Virus record (IMG/VR): IMGVR_UViG_3300026541_000034
Coordinates: 3,257 to 67,256 of that record
Length of the DNA: 64,000 nucleotides
Origin: a virus
Taxonomy: Duplodnaviria > Caudoviricetes
Direction: 5' to 3' (one strand)
Shown here piece after piece: positions 54,090 through 62,539 of this stretch. The notes under the pieces were generated by a model. That model made no database searches, was not told the DNA's origin, and saw nothing but the letters and a program-made list of their open reading frames with translations. Made by a program: the position numbers and the translations under genes. Each line of letters opens with the position of its first letter. Within the stretch, counting starts at the first letter, position 1.

Positions 54090-54458
54090 TTGGCAAAAAG
54101 TGTAAAGAAAATCCGCCCCGGTCATAACAGCCCGCATGACGCTGACAAAGTTCAGAACGTTCTCGATCTCGTTGCAAACTTGAACGGTCAAATTGAGACT
54201 GAAAAGGCAGCATATATGTTGGCCTGCAAAGCTATACGAAGCGATATCAAAGTCGTTTTCCGCGATGCTAAGAACGAGGGCCTTCCCGTGAAAGCTCTGA
54301 AGAATATCGTCAAGGATCGCGCCGCTGAGAAGGCTGCCGAGCGGCGCCGTACTGATTTGGATACCCCGGATTTGGAAAGCTATGATCAGATCGTATTCAT
54401 GCTCGGCGAGCTTGCCGGGACACCGTTAGGAGACTCCGCGCTCGCCGCCGCTGCATAG
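54090..54458 (+). CDS. GapR/DUF2312-like nucleoid-associated protein
   Basis: GHNS motif; IRSDIKVVFRDAKNEGLPVKALKNIVK.R matches the DUF2312 pattern DIKDVYAEAK..G.D.K.L..I. Confidence 0.65.
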   Translation: MAKSVKKIRPGHNSPHDADKVQNVLDLVANLNGQIETEKAAYMLACKAIRSDIKVVFRDAKNEGLPVKALKNIVKDRAAEKAAERRRTDLDTPDLESYDQIVFMLGELAGTPLGDSALAAAA

Positions 54459-54465
54459 GTGCAGC

Positions 54466-54981
54466 GTGAAAATTCTCGCATTAGATCTTGCGACCCAACT
54501 CGGCTGGGCTGTCGGCACTCCTGCCGATGGCCCTGAGTGGGGTACGCACAGGTTGCCAAAGACCGGTGAAGATATCGGTAAGTTTCTCGCTGTCTATGAT
54601 AAATGGCTCATCAGAATGTTGGATTGGTATGCGCCAGATTTGGTAGTCGTCGAAAAACCTATCAATATGACCAATGCAAGATCCACTATTTGGGTCCGGC
54701 TGAAGCTGAACGGCCTTGTCTCGCATACGGAATTCAGATGTCACACCAGTGGCTTTGAATGCGCATGGGCTGACAATTGGGATTGGAAGCGGCACTTCGT
54801 TGGCTACACATTCGGCAAGAAGACCAAGCCATATCCGGTTTTCCAAGCCTGCAAATATCGTGGCTGGAAAGCAGTCACGACGGATGAAGCCGATGCATTA
54901 GGCATCTGGGATTATTCAATCTGCAATCTCATCCCTGAAAAAGCTCATGAATCTACGCCTCTATTCGCGGGGGCAACATGA
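54466..54981 (+). CDS. RuvC-like Holliday junction resolvase
   Basis: ILALDLAT..GWA, VVVEKP, DEADALG. Confidence 0.85.
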   Translation: MKILALDLATQLGWAVGTPADGPEWGTHRLPKTGEDIGKFLAVYDKWLIRMLDWYAPDLVVVEKPINMTNARSTIWVRLKLNGLVSHTEFRCHTSGFECAWADNWDWKRHFVGYTFGKKTKPYPVFQACKYRGWKAVTTDEADALGIWDYSICNLIPEKAHESTPLFAGAT

Positions 54982-55481
54982 ATTGGACCAGCGAATGTGA
55001 CGGTCTTCTCATCCAGCGTTGGGATGAAAATGTATTGAGCGAAGACATTGCCAGAGAATTGGACGTGCCATCAAAAGTAGTTAAGCAACGGGTGCTTACA
55101 TTACGTAGACGCGGGGTTTCTCTTAAGAAAAAAAGAAGCAATCTTGTTGGTACAGTTAGAAAAGAGCACGACGAAGAGCTTAAGATAGAAGTATTGCATA
55201 GAGTTAAATTAGGTTTTACTCGCGCGAAAATAGCTCAAAGCCTATCTCTGACAATAGGACAAGTTGTAGGAATTGTATATCGCGATAAAGAAGAAAAAGA
55301 AAGCGATGAGACTTTTCCTATTAAAGGAGGAAATGGGTTACGTGGATTCTTCCAGGGCCAATACCGCATTACCGAGGATGTGATGTTGGAATACCCTAGT
55401 TTGGACCCTCGCGACACAACTGGACGTTTTTTCAACGATCCGCTTCCTGGAAGGTCGGCGTTAGATCAAAGAGGGTATTGA
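54978..55481 (+). CDS. GcrA-like regulator with duplicated HTH
   Basis: MNWT...L...W......IAREL resembles the GcrA N-terminus; second HTH IAQSL..T.GQVVGIVYR. Confidence 0.6.
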   Translation: MNWTSECDGLLIQRWDENVLSEDIARELDVPSKVVKQRVLTLRRRGVSLKKKRSNLVGTVRKEHDEELKIEVLHRVKLGFTRAKIAQSLSLTIGQVVGIVYRDKEEKESDETFPIKGGNGLRGFFQGQYRITEDVMLEYPSLDPRDTTGRFFNDPLPGRSALDQRGY

Positions 55482-56920
55482 TGGCTTTAGAGGCGGTAGA
55501 TGACTTCGGTGAGTATCAGGTAGAGCCTCATAATATTGATGCTGAACAAGCGCTGATAGGCGCCATTATGATAACCAATGAGGCATATCAAATTGTCTCG
55601 ACATTCCTAGACGCGGAACATTTTTTTGAACCTTTGCACATGCGAATCTATGAAGCGTGCGCGGATTTAATTGCCAAAGGCGGTGTTGCTGATCCTATTA
55701 CTCTCAAGTCGTACATGGACGGCGAGCCCAAGATCCAAGGCCCTGATATAGACTATACCGTTGCCGGATATCTTGCACACCTCATGGCCGAAGCATGTAC
55801 CACAATTTCAGCCAAGGGATATGGCCAGACAATTCATGATCTGGCTCTGCGGCGCGGGTTGGCCATCATTGGCGAGGAGATGACCCGAACGGCTTACCAC
55901 TCGCCGATAGACTATTCTGTTGCTGAACAAATCAGTCAAGTCGAAAACGATCTTTATGAACTTTCGTCGCCGCTCACAGACCGGCGCCAGGCGTCGCATA
56001 TCTCCTCTGCGGTAGCCGAAGCGCTCGACGTGGCCAATAGAGCTTATCAGCGAGACGGCAGTCTTGCCGGTCTGCCTACCGGCTTGGCGGACCTTGATAG
56101 TAAGCTCGGCGGCCTCGCGGCTTCGGATTTGATCATAATTGCAGGCCGTCCCAGCATGGCGAAGACGAGCCTTGCGACCAATATCGCATATTCCAATGCT
56201 TTGAGCCAAGTGCCGGTGGGGTTCTTCTCGCTGGAAATGTCGAGCGTGCAATTGGCGAATAGAATAATCGCGCAAATCTCTAAGATTTCATCAGAAAAGA
56301 TTCGTCGCGGCGAAATCACAGAAGATCAATTCAGGCAATTGAGCAGCGCCGGTAACACCCTGCAGCGCCTGCCTTTGACGATAGATGAGACCGGCGGTCT
56401 ATCGATCGGCGAACTGGCGGCGCGCGCCCGGCGCATGCAAAAACGCCAAGGCATACAGCTACTGATTATCGACTATTTGCAGCTCATGGTGGGCTCTAAA
56501 AAGTCCAGCTCTCGCGTCCATGAAATCACTGAGATTACGATGGGGCTGAAGGCGCTGGCGAAGGAACTCAACATCCCTGTCATTGCCATTTCGCAGCTCT
56601 CGCGCCAGGTCGAGACGCGCGCCAATAAACGGCCTCAGTTGGCAGACTTGAGAGACTCTGGATCGATTGAGCAAGACGCCGATGTCGTCCTCTTTCTCTA
56701 CCGCGAAGAATATTATTTGGAACGAGAGAAACCCCTCGTTGACGACATTGCAAAGTATTCTGAATGGCAAGGCAAGATGGATAAACATCACGCCCTTGCC
56801 GAGATCATTATCGGCAAACAGCGCCACGGGCCAACGGGCATGGTGCAAGCCAGGTTCAATGCCGAGCTGACCCAGTTCAGCACTCTGTCTTACCGCGATC
56901 ATCCAGGAGGACCGCTGTGA
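55478..56920 (+). CDS. dnaB: Replicative DNA helicase DnaB
   Basis: PHNIDAEQALIG, TGLADLD, GRPSMAKT, IDYLQL, QLSRQVE, LRDSGSIEQDAD, KQRHGP. Confidence 0.95.
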   Translation: MMALEAVDDFGEYQVEPHNIDAEQALIGAIMITNEAYQIVSTFLDAEHFFEPLHMRIYEACADLIAKGGVADPITLKSYMDGEPKIQGPDIDYTVAGYLAHLMAEACTTISAKGYGQTIHDLALRRGLAIIGEEMTRTAYHSPIDYSVAEQISQVENDLYELSSPLTDRRQASHISSAVAEALDVANRAYQRDGSLAGLPTGLADLDSKLGGLAASDLIIIAGRPSMAKTSLATNIAYSNALSQVPVGFFSLEMSSVQLANRIIAQISKISSEKIRRGEITEDQFRQLSSAGNTLQRLPLTIDETGGLSIGELAARARRMQKRQGIQLLIIDYLQLMVGSKKSSSRVHEITEITMGLKALAKELNIPVIAISQLSRQVETRANKRPQLADLRDSGSIEQDADVVLFLYREEYYLEREKPLVDDIAKYSEWQGKMDKHHALAEIIIGKQRHGPTGMVQARFNAELTQFSTLSYRDHPGGPL

Positions 56921-57876
56921 GCAAAGCGCCGGCCATGCCGATATTTATCGACGCTTATCTGAGCGATACGACCCACTTATCGACGGAAGAGCATGGAGCT
57001 TATTTATTGCTCCTCATGGCCATGTGGCGGCGCAATGGAAGCGTGGCGGACGACGACCGGGACATCGCCCGCATGGTCGGTCTTGGCTTGGCAAGATGGA
57101 AAAAAATCAAGGAAAGATTGCGGCCTCTTTTGACTTTTGAGCAGAGTCAAATTACACAAAAACGACTAAAAAAAGAATGGAATTACGTCACCGACTACAA
57201 AGAAAAACAGCGAAAAAATGCGCAAAAAAGATGGGCAAAACCCAAGGGAATTAAGGATTTAGCAGATGCCACCGCATATGCCAAACCCCATGCCAAAACG
57301 CAATCTGGCATATGCACCCATACCCAAGAAGTAAAAGAAGAAGACTCAGAGTATGCCGATAGACCGAGTCCTATAACTCTTTTTGATGGTGAGGAAACAT
57401 TGCGCAAATCGAAAAATTTGCGCGGCCCCACGTTCGAAGAATTTTGGAAAAGGTATCCAAGGAAAAGGGGCAAGCAGTCAGCGGCCAAATCCTGGAAACT
57501 TCTTTCCGCTGAAAACCGTCAAGCGGCGATCGATGCCCTGCCAGCTTACGAGGCGGCCTGCAAAGAATCCGACACGGACCTGCAGCACGGCAGCACCTAC
57601 CTGAGCAAACAGACCTGGAAGGATTTTGAGGCCGAGGCCACGACCGAATGGCACGAGCAGCCAGAGGCATGGACGTTGCCCGCGGATTATTTTCTCGCCC
57701 AGCTCCAGGACAAGCAGCCAAACGGAAAATGGTTTCCGAAAAAGCTTGGGCGTCTCGCCGCGTGGTTCGGCTATCCGCCGTCACGCCAGGCACTGGAAGA
57801 ATATTACGGAGCGCAGAAGCTCCAAGAAATTGCAACGAAATTTGGATTTAGCATTGAGGTAGCCGGGCACGCTTGA
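56917..57876 (+). CDS. Replication initiator, DUF1376/YdaU family
   Basis: MP.FIDAYLSDT.HLSTEEHGAYLLLL; FEEFWKRYPRK.GK. Confidence 0.88.
   Translation: MSKAPAMPIFIDAYLSDTTHLSTEEHGAYLLLLMAMWRRNGSVADDDRDIARMVGLGLARWKKIKERLRPLLTFEQSQITQKRLKKEWNYVTDYKEKQRKNAQKRWAKPKGIKDLADATAYAKPHAKTQSGICTHTQEVKEEDSEYADRPSPITLFDGEETLRKSKNLRGPTFEEFWKRYPRKRGKQSAAKSWKLLSAENRQAAIDALPAYEAACKESDTDLQHGSTYLSKQTWKDFEAEATTEWHEQPEAWTLPADYFLAQLQDKQPNGKWFPKKLGRLAAWFGYPPSRQALEEYYGAQKLQEIATKFGFSIEVAGHA
57266..57311. repeat. Iteron-like repeats inside the initiator gene (probable origin)
   Basis: ATGCCA at 57266, 57278 and 57290 (12-bp period) plus inverted TGGCAT at 57306. Confidence 0.6.
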
Positions 57877-57887
57877 AACCATGAAAA

Positions 57888-58427
57888 TTGAGGAGAGAGA
57901 CAATGAATTTCGTATTGCTGAGAACACAGCTAGGTCAATTTGCGACGCGCATATTTGACTGGTGGATGAGACCGGACGAGGACGATGATTATTCGTACTA
58001 TGAACCTGATGATGACGCGCAATTCCGGGCGCCGCCGCCGTTGCCGATGACCAAGCCTGTGGTGGTTGAAGCCGAACATTCTCCAACGAGTGATTTGATA
58101 CTGGTGCTCAAAGCGACCAGGGATGATTTGGACGAGAATTTGGATGAGCCAATTACGATTGATGACTTTGCCATGGCTGAGATCCGGCGTCTTATTATTG
58201 AGTGTTGTCCACACCAGATTTCTGCAAGGTTTTCCTTCCTCGCCCTTTGGGATGAGGTTGTCGATCCGGTCGAGCGCTGGGTCAACCTGAACCAGGTTGC
58301 TACCATGCTGATGACGATTGAGATGTATTTCTGGCCAGGGAATCCTCGGGTGCGTGTACTGCGCTTAGCCTGTGAAGCGCGAGCCCGCATGGCTGAGAAA
58401 ATGTTGCGGTTGGAGGTAGCGGCATGA
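57888..58427 (+). CDS. Hypothetical protein
   Basis: 179-aa ORF; start possibly 57903. Confidence 0.65.
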   Translation: MRRETMNFVLLRTQLGQFATRIFDWWMRPDEDDDYSYYEPDDDAQFRAPPPLPMTKPVVVEAEHSPTSDLILVLKATRDDLDENLDEPITIDDFAMAEIRRLIIECCPHQISARFSFLALWDEVVDPVERWVNLNQVATMLMTIEMYFWPGNPRVRVLRLACEARARMAEKMLRLEVAA

Positions 58428-58876
58428 CTATGGACAGTACCCCAAAAGAACCGTTTGAAGATACGGCTGAAGAGCGCAGCGTGAACTTTGTGAAAGAGCT
58501 TGAATGGCTCATCAACAAATATTCCATGGAGAATGGATCGGACACGCCAGATTTTATTCTCGCTGAATATCTGTTTTCCTGCCTGCAAGCTTTCAATTCC
58601 ACAGTGAACCGTCGCAGCGCATGGTTTGGCATCAAGCATTTCCCGACAAGGATTGAGAACGCCATTGATGATGAAGATGAAAAGAAAACGGCAGACGAAT
58701 GGCTCGCGCATCCTGATTATGCGGGTCTCCAAATTCTTGATCCAGATGGCTGGGATCGTCAGAATTTTGAAGAATCTTGGGCTGAACCTATTACCCAATC
58801 TGAGTTCGTTCTGCGGATGTGCCAGTCAACATGTGACTTGGGGAAAACCTTTGATGAAAAAAAGTTGATCTCATAA
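58424..58876 (+). CDS. Two-domain hypothetical phage protein
   Basis: ENGSDTPDFILAEYL module followed by ILDPDGWDR..EF module. Confidence 0.75.
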   Translation: MTMDSTPKEPFEDTAEERSVNFVKELEWLINKYSMENGSDTPDFILAEYLFSCLQAFNSTVNRRSAWFGIKHFPTRIENAIDDEDEKKTADEWLAHPDYAGLQILDPDGWDRQNFEESWAEPITQSEFVLRMCQSTCDLGKTFDEKKLIS

Positions 58877-58913
58877 AGGGATCGTATTTACAAAAAGAAA
58901 GTAAGAAAATCTC

Positions 58914-59414
58914 ATGATTGAATGGTATTTGGTGGTCGCAGATCACTTAGGAATGAATACAGCGGAGGCGTCTTTGACCGCGCTTGGCTGCCAGGTCTAC
59001 TACCCTCGGGAGAAGATCATGGTCACACGGCTCAATAAGCGGGTGAAGGTTGAGCGCGGTCTTTTGTATAAATACATGTTCGTCGGCAGAGAGACGGGCA
59101 TAAGCTTTTATGATATCGGCGAAGCTAGAGGTGTCCAAAGATTGCTTGATGATATGGATGGGCGCCCGGCGAAAATAGCCGCTGATATAGTCGAGCGCTT
59201 CAGGCGTAATGAGCGCTACGGGAAATATGATTACACGACCCGTGACAGGCGCAAGGGGCTGCTACCGGTCGGTTCCGAGGTGAGAGTGCTTGACGGGCAG
59301 TTTGAAGGCTATACGGGCATTGTCCGGCGTTCTGGCGGCACAGACAAAATCAGAGTGTTCTTGGCCGAGAAATTCGTCGTTCACATTCCGATAGACAGCG
59401 TCGCTTACGTTTAA
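58914..59414 (+). CDS. NusG/RfaH-family antiterminator
   Basis: NGN domain (WY.V..YYP..L...YMFV) plus KOW motif (VGSEVRVLDGQFEGYTG). Confidence 0.88.
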   Translation: MIEWYLVVADHLGMNTAEASLTALGCQVYYPREKIMVTRLNKRVKVERGLLYKYMFVGRETGISFYDIGEARGVQRLLDDMDGRPAKIAADIVERFRRNERYGKYDYTTRDRRKGLLPVGSEVRVLDGQFEGYTGIVRRSGGTDKIRVFLAEKFVVHIPIDSVAYV

Positions 59415-59548
59415 GCTCTCTTCTTGGTTTTCTTTTTTGTTCCGGGCCGGACCATCGACAGCGCGATCGCTACGGCCTGTCTTTGTGGCTTGCCCTCGGC
59501 TTTCAGTTTCCTGATTTTGTTTGAAACTTTTTGGTTTCTCGCGGTCAT
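59411..59548 (-). CDS. Small basic protein, DUF6496-like
   Basis: KAEGKPQRQAVAIALS motif; below ORF-track cutoff. Confidence 0.65.
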   Translation of the reverse strand: MTARNQKVSNKIRKLKAEGKPQRQAVAIALSMVRPGTKKKTKKRA

Positions 59549-59586
59549 AGCAAAACCTTTCGCCTTTTTCTGTTTATAACAGGAAA

Positions 59587-59601
59587 TTAATGAATTATTA
59601 A
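59587..59601. promoter_or_regulatory. CtrA-box match upstream of the OMP gene
   Basis: TTAA-TGAATTA-TTAA. Confidence 0.45.
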
Positions 59602-59667
59602 TGTTTACATTGGAACAACCTTAATTGCAATGAGGTAGCGCTTTAAGCAATTAAAAAGGGGTTTCTA

Positions 59668-60624
59668 ATGTTGAAAAGAAGTTGTTTCGCATTAGCGTTT
59701 ATAGGCGCATTTGGGCTCGCTGGGATATCGGACGTAAAGGCTGATCCTACATCTACCTGGGATGGTGTTTATTTTGGTGTAGGTGGTGGTGCGGGTTTGC
59801 TTAGCGGTTTGTCAGTTAACGCGAACAGATCGAAGGATTTGATGGAAAGGAATTGTTACAGAATAGATAGAGACGGGAAATGTGAGGACCCAGAAGATGA
59901 GTGGTGGAAAATAGCTGATTGGTGGTTTGATAATGGGCTCAGCAACGGAGAAGATGAGGATTACAGTTATTCAAAATCTATCAATGATATAAATGATGAT
60001 TGGCGGGTCTTTGGCACAATTCAGGTTGGTGTCGATAAACAAATTGGTCAGAAGTTTGTCATTGGTGCCTTTGCAGATTATGATTTTTATGCAGATTCTG
60101 ATGGTAGCTTTGCGATGCCTTGGAATATAAGCCAGCGGGATTGGGCATTAACCGGCTCGCTTAGTGGCAATGTTGAGCTGGAAAAAGTATGGAGTGTTGG
60201 CGGGCGCATTGGAGCGTTGCTTACTCCGAAAATGTTGCTTTATGGGATGGGCGGCTATACACAAGCAACCCTTGATGGAAATGTGGTTTTGGTAGCGGGT
60301 GATAGCAGGGGCACCGATACTTTGTCCCTTAGTTTCCCTGATGAGCTTCGTGGCTACTTTGTCGGAGTTGGTGGTGAATACAAATTCGAAAATAATATGT
60401 CGTTCAAAGTCGAATATCGTTATTCAAAGTTTGATAGTGATAGCGCTTCAGTTTCGAATAATTTCGTAACCTATGATCTTCATGATGAATCTAGCGGCTG
60501 GCAACACAAAAGCATTTTCGATCGTGATTTGGGTATTGGTATTGATCCTGAATTGCATTCAATTCGCGCGGTTCTTGCGTACAGGTTCGGGGCTAGTGAC
60601 GAAGGAATGCAGCCTTTGAAATAA
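59668..60624 (+). CDS. Outer-membrane beta-barrel, Omp25/RopB family, with large loop insertion
   Basis: Signal peptide, WDGVYFGVGGG, GGRIGALL, GYFVGVGGEY, VEYRYS, AYRF, C-terminal PLK. Confidence 0.9.
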   Translation: MLKRSCFALAFIGAFGLAGISDVKADPTSTWDGVYFGVGGGAGLLSGLSVNANRSKDLMERNCYRIDRDGKCEDPEDEWWKIADWWFDNGLSNGEDEDYSYSKSINDINDDWRVFGTIQVGVDKQIGQKFVIGAFADYDFYADSDGSFAMPWNISQRDWALTGSLSGNVELEKVWSVGGRIGALLTPKMLLYGMGGYTQATLDGNVVLVAGDSRGTDTLSLSFPDELRGYFVGVGGEYKFENNMSFKVEYRYSKFDSDSASVSNNFVTYDLHDESSGWQHKSIFDRDLGIGIDPELHSIRAVLAYRFGASDEGMQPLK

Positions 60625-60804
60625 CAAGAAAAGGAGGGGGGTAGTTGATAGATACGTATTGTCACAACTACACCCCTTTACTTTACTCCTGTGCGAGTCT
60701 ATATCTTCGCTCGTGGGCTGCAAAGCCTATGAAAAATACAAGGGGAGTGAGTACTCAGTATAACAACAACCCCATTGTTAAAATAAAAGCTGCACAAGCC
60801 AACT

Positions 60805-60852
60805 AGCGCCGCTTCTCCGGCCCCCCGCTCTGGAATGAAGCGGCGCTTTTTT
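60805..60852 (+). terminator. Intrinsic terminator between OMP and mucR
   Basis: AGCGCCGCTTC..GAAGCGGCGCT followed by TTTTT. Confidence 0.7.
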
Positions 60853-61279
60853 ATCGCCGAGTTCCAAGACCCATCTTCTTCGCAAGGTTAGATCTGGTCG
60901 TAGCATAGTTGGGAGCCACCATGGGATAGTCGTAGGGCAAGCTCCACTTCTCTCTATATTCATCTGGTGTGAGGCTAAAGTGCGTTCGTATATGCCGCTT
61001 TAGAGATTTGAACTTCTTGCCATCTTCAAGGCAGATGATGAAGTCCGGAGTGATAGATTTTTTCACAGAGACAGCAGGTATAAGATCGGGGTTTATGGGT
61101 TTTGCCTCATTGTGAGCGGCTTGGCATACAGCGTTCGATACCTCCAAAATTAGGTTTGGGAGATCAGTCATTGTAACCGTATTATTTTTAACGTAGGCGG
61201 CAACAATATCCGTCGTCAATTCGATGTTATTATCTGCCTCTTTCCCTACTGGCAACTCACCGTTCGTTTCATTTGTCAT
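60851..61279 (-). CDS. mucR: MucR/Ros family zinc-finger regulator
   Basis: LTTDIVAAYV.NN, PAVSVKKSITPD.IICLEDGKKFKSLKRH, EYREKW.LP.DYPMVAPNY..RS.LAKKMGLG. Confidence 0.97.
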   Translation of the reverse strand: MTNETNGELPVGKEADNNIELTTDIVAAYVKNNTVTMTDLPNLILEVSNAVCQAAHNEAKPINPDLIPAVSVKKSITPDFIICLEDGKKFKSLKRHIRTHFSLTPDEYREKWSLPYDYPMVAPNYATTRSNLAKKMGLGTRR

Positions 61280-61520
61280 TTATTCGTCCCTTTAGAAAGT
61301 AGCCGGGTTATTTTTCCAAGCTTACCAAGTGATTGGTCAGTTGCCTTACTCAGGACAACAACCGTAACGGGAAATATAACCAGAATATGCTTCTGTTGTA
61401 AAGAGAAGTTGGGAATACTGATATTAATGTGGATAAGTTGTTGATTGTTCAGCTATAAATTATTTTTAATTTGAGATGAAAGAAAATTGTTGACAGGCTA
61501 TATCTCGTATGATATTCAGC

Positions 61521-61675
61521 GGGGATTGCTTGCGCAAACGTAGAGGTTTGTCCAGACGCGCAAGGTCTGGACCGCCTATTTCAAGAAGTGCTAGATTCCA
61601 GACGGAATCTCGGCATTTTTGTCATGTCTGGGGCAAGCAAAGAAAAACCGGCCAATTTGAGGTTGGCCGGTCATA
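61521..61675 (+). ncRNA. Candidate structured non-coding RNA
   Basis: TTGACA at 61490; outer stem TTGCTTGC/GCAAGCAA encloses hairpins GTCCAGAC/GTCTGGAC and AGATTCC/GGAATCT; terminal hairpin 61647-61671. Confidence 0.45.
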
Positions 61676-61678
61676 AGT

Positions 61679-61963
61679 TTAGAAGAATTTCATTCCTCCA
61701 TTTCCGTTGGTTTTTGGTTGAATGAACGTTTTTTCGTTCTCTTGCTTTTGGGCTGCTCTGACTTTGTCTTGTTGTAGGTGGTGGTTCTCAAAGTCGTTAA
61801 CAGCCAGTGCCGATGCCACCATATAGACGATCTGTATTACCAACAATTGGTCTTTAAGTTTTTCAACATCCTTTCCAACCATTTCAGCTAAGTGATGGAC
61901 AGACTCTGCTCTTTGGCGATATTTTTCCAAAGCAGCTTCTGCCTTTTTTATACGCTCACACAT
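61679..61963 (-). CDS. Hypothetical coiled-coil protein
   Basis: 94-aa ORF, SD AGGAG. Confidence 0.6.
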   Translation of the reverse strand: MCERIKKAEAALEKYRQRAESVHHLAEMVGKDVEKLKDQLLVIQIVYMVASALAVNDFENHHLQQDKVRAAQKQENEKTFIQPKTNGNGGMKFF

Positions 61964-62117
61964 GTCCTTTCTCCTATTGGAGTCGTTGGTGATCTATATA
62001 TAAGGCATCGTTTTTGATTTTGCAATGCAATACCTATCACACATTATCACGTTTGATCACATTTCCGTGAAAACCCCTTCCCTTGTATTTTCCTAGTCTT
62101 CTCATTATGGTTATGGG

Positions 62118-62330
62118 ATGGGAAAGCATAGAGGACATCAGGGCGGCAGACGCCCCTTGGACGGTGAGACGATGACTGAACAGCTCGTCTTTCGTGTTCC
62201 CGTAAAGTTGGCGCAGCAAATAGATGAGCGGTGTGATGCGCGCGGGGAGCCGGAACGCGCTGCGATGATCAGATATCTATTGAAGCTTGGAATTCAAACT
62301 GATATTCGCGATTTCAAACTCGCCGACTGA
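62118..62330 (+). CDS. Ribbon-helix-helix (CopG/Arc-like) DNA-binding protein
   Basis: GGRRPL..QLVFRVP..L..IDE..RAAMIRYLL. Confidence 0.75.
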   Translation: MGKHRGHQGGRRPLDGETMTEQLVFRVPVKLAQQIDERCDARGEPERAAMIRYLLKLGIQTDIRDFKLAD

Positions 62331-62438
62331 CCTTTTTCTAATTTGCAAATAACTTTTGATTTTCGTCGCCCATATAGGAAATCGAAAGTTATCTCAACCT
62401 CTAGCTGCTTCCCTCTGGTAGCGCTGGGGTTTTGAGCA

Positions 62439-62478
62439 GGGTCACTGAATGGCCAGATTCAGTGACCCATTTTATTTC
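62439..62478 (+). terminator. Strong intrinsic terminator ahead of the structural-looking operon
   Basis: GGGTCACTGAAT-N6-ATTCAGTGACCC followed by ATTTTATTT. Confidence 0.75.
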
Positions 62479-62539
62479 TCCTCCCCCAAAAATTGACCGG
62501 TTCCTCCCTCTTCCGGCTGCTTTATGAAAGAGCCTAGCT

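Noticed and set aside
53847-54191. 115-aa N-terminal extension of the CI ORF given by the ORF track
   Set aside because: It runs through the operator region and overlaps the divergent GapR-like gene; the HTH begins right after ATG 53846.
7252-61635. Recurring GTCTGGGGC/CCCCAGAC motif near 7256, 39642, 49319, 54023-54055 and 61626
   Set aside because: An 8-9-mer is expected a few times by chance in 64 kb, the contexts differ, and I cannot compute enrichment.
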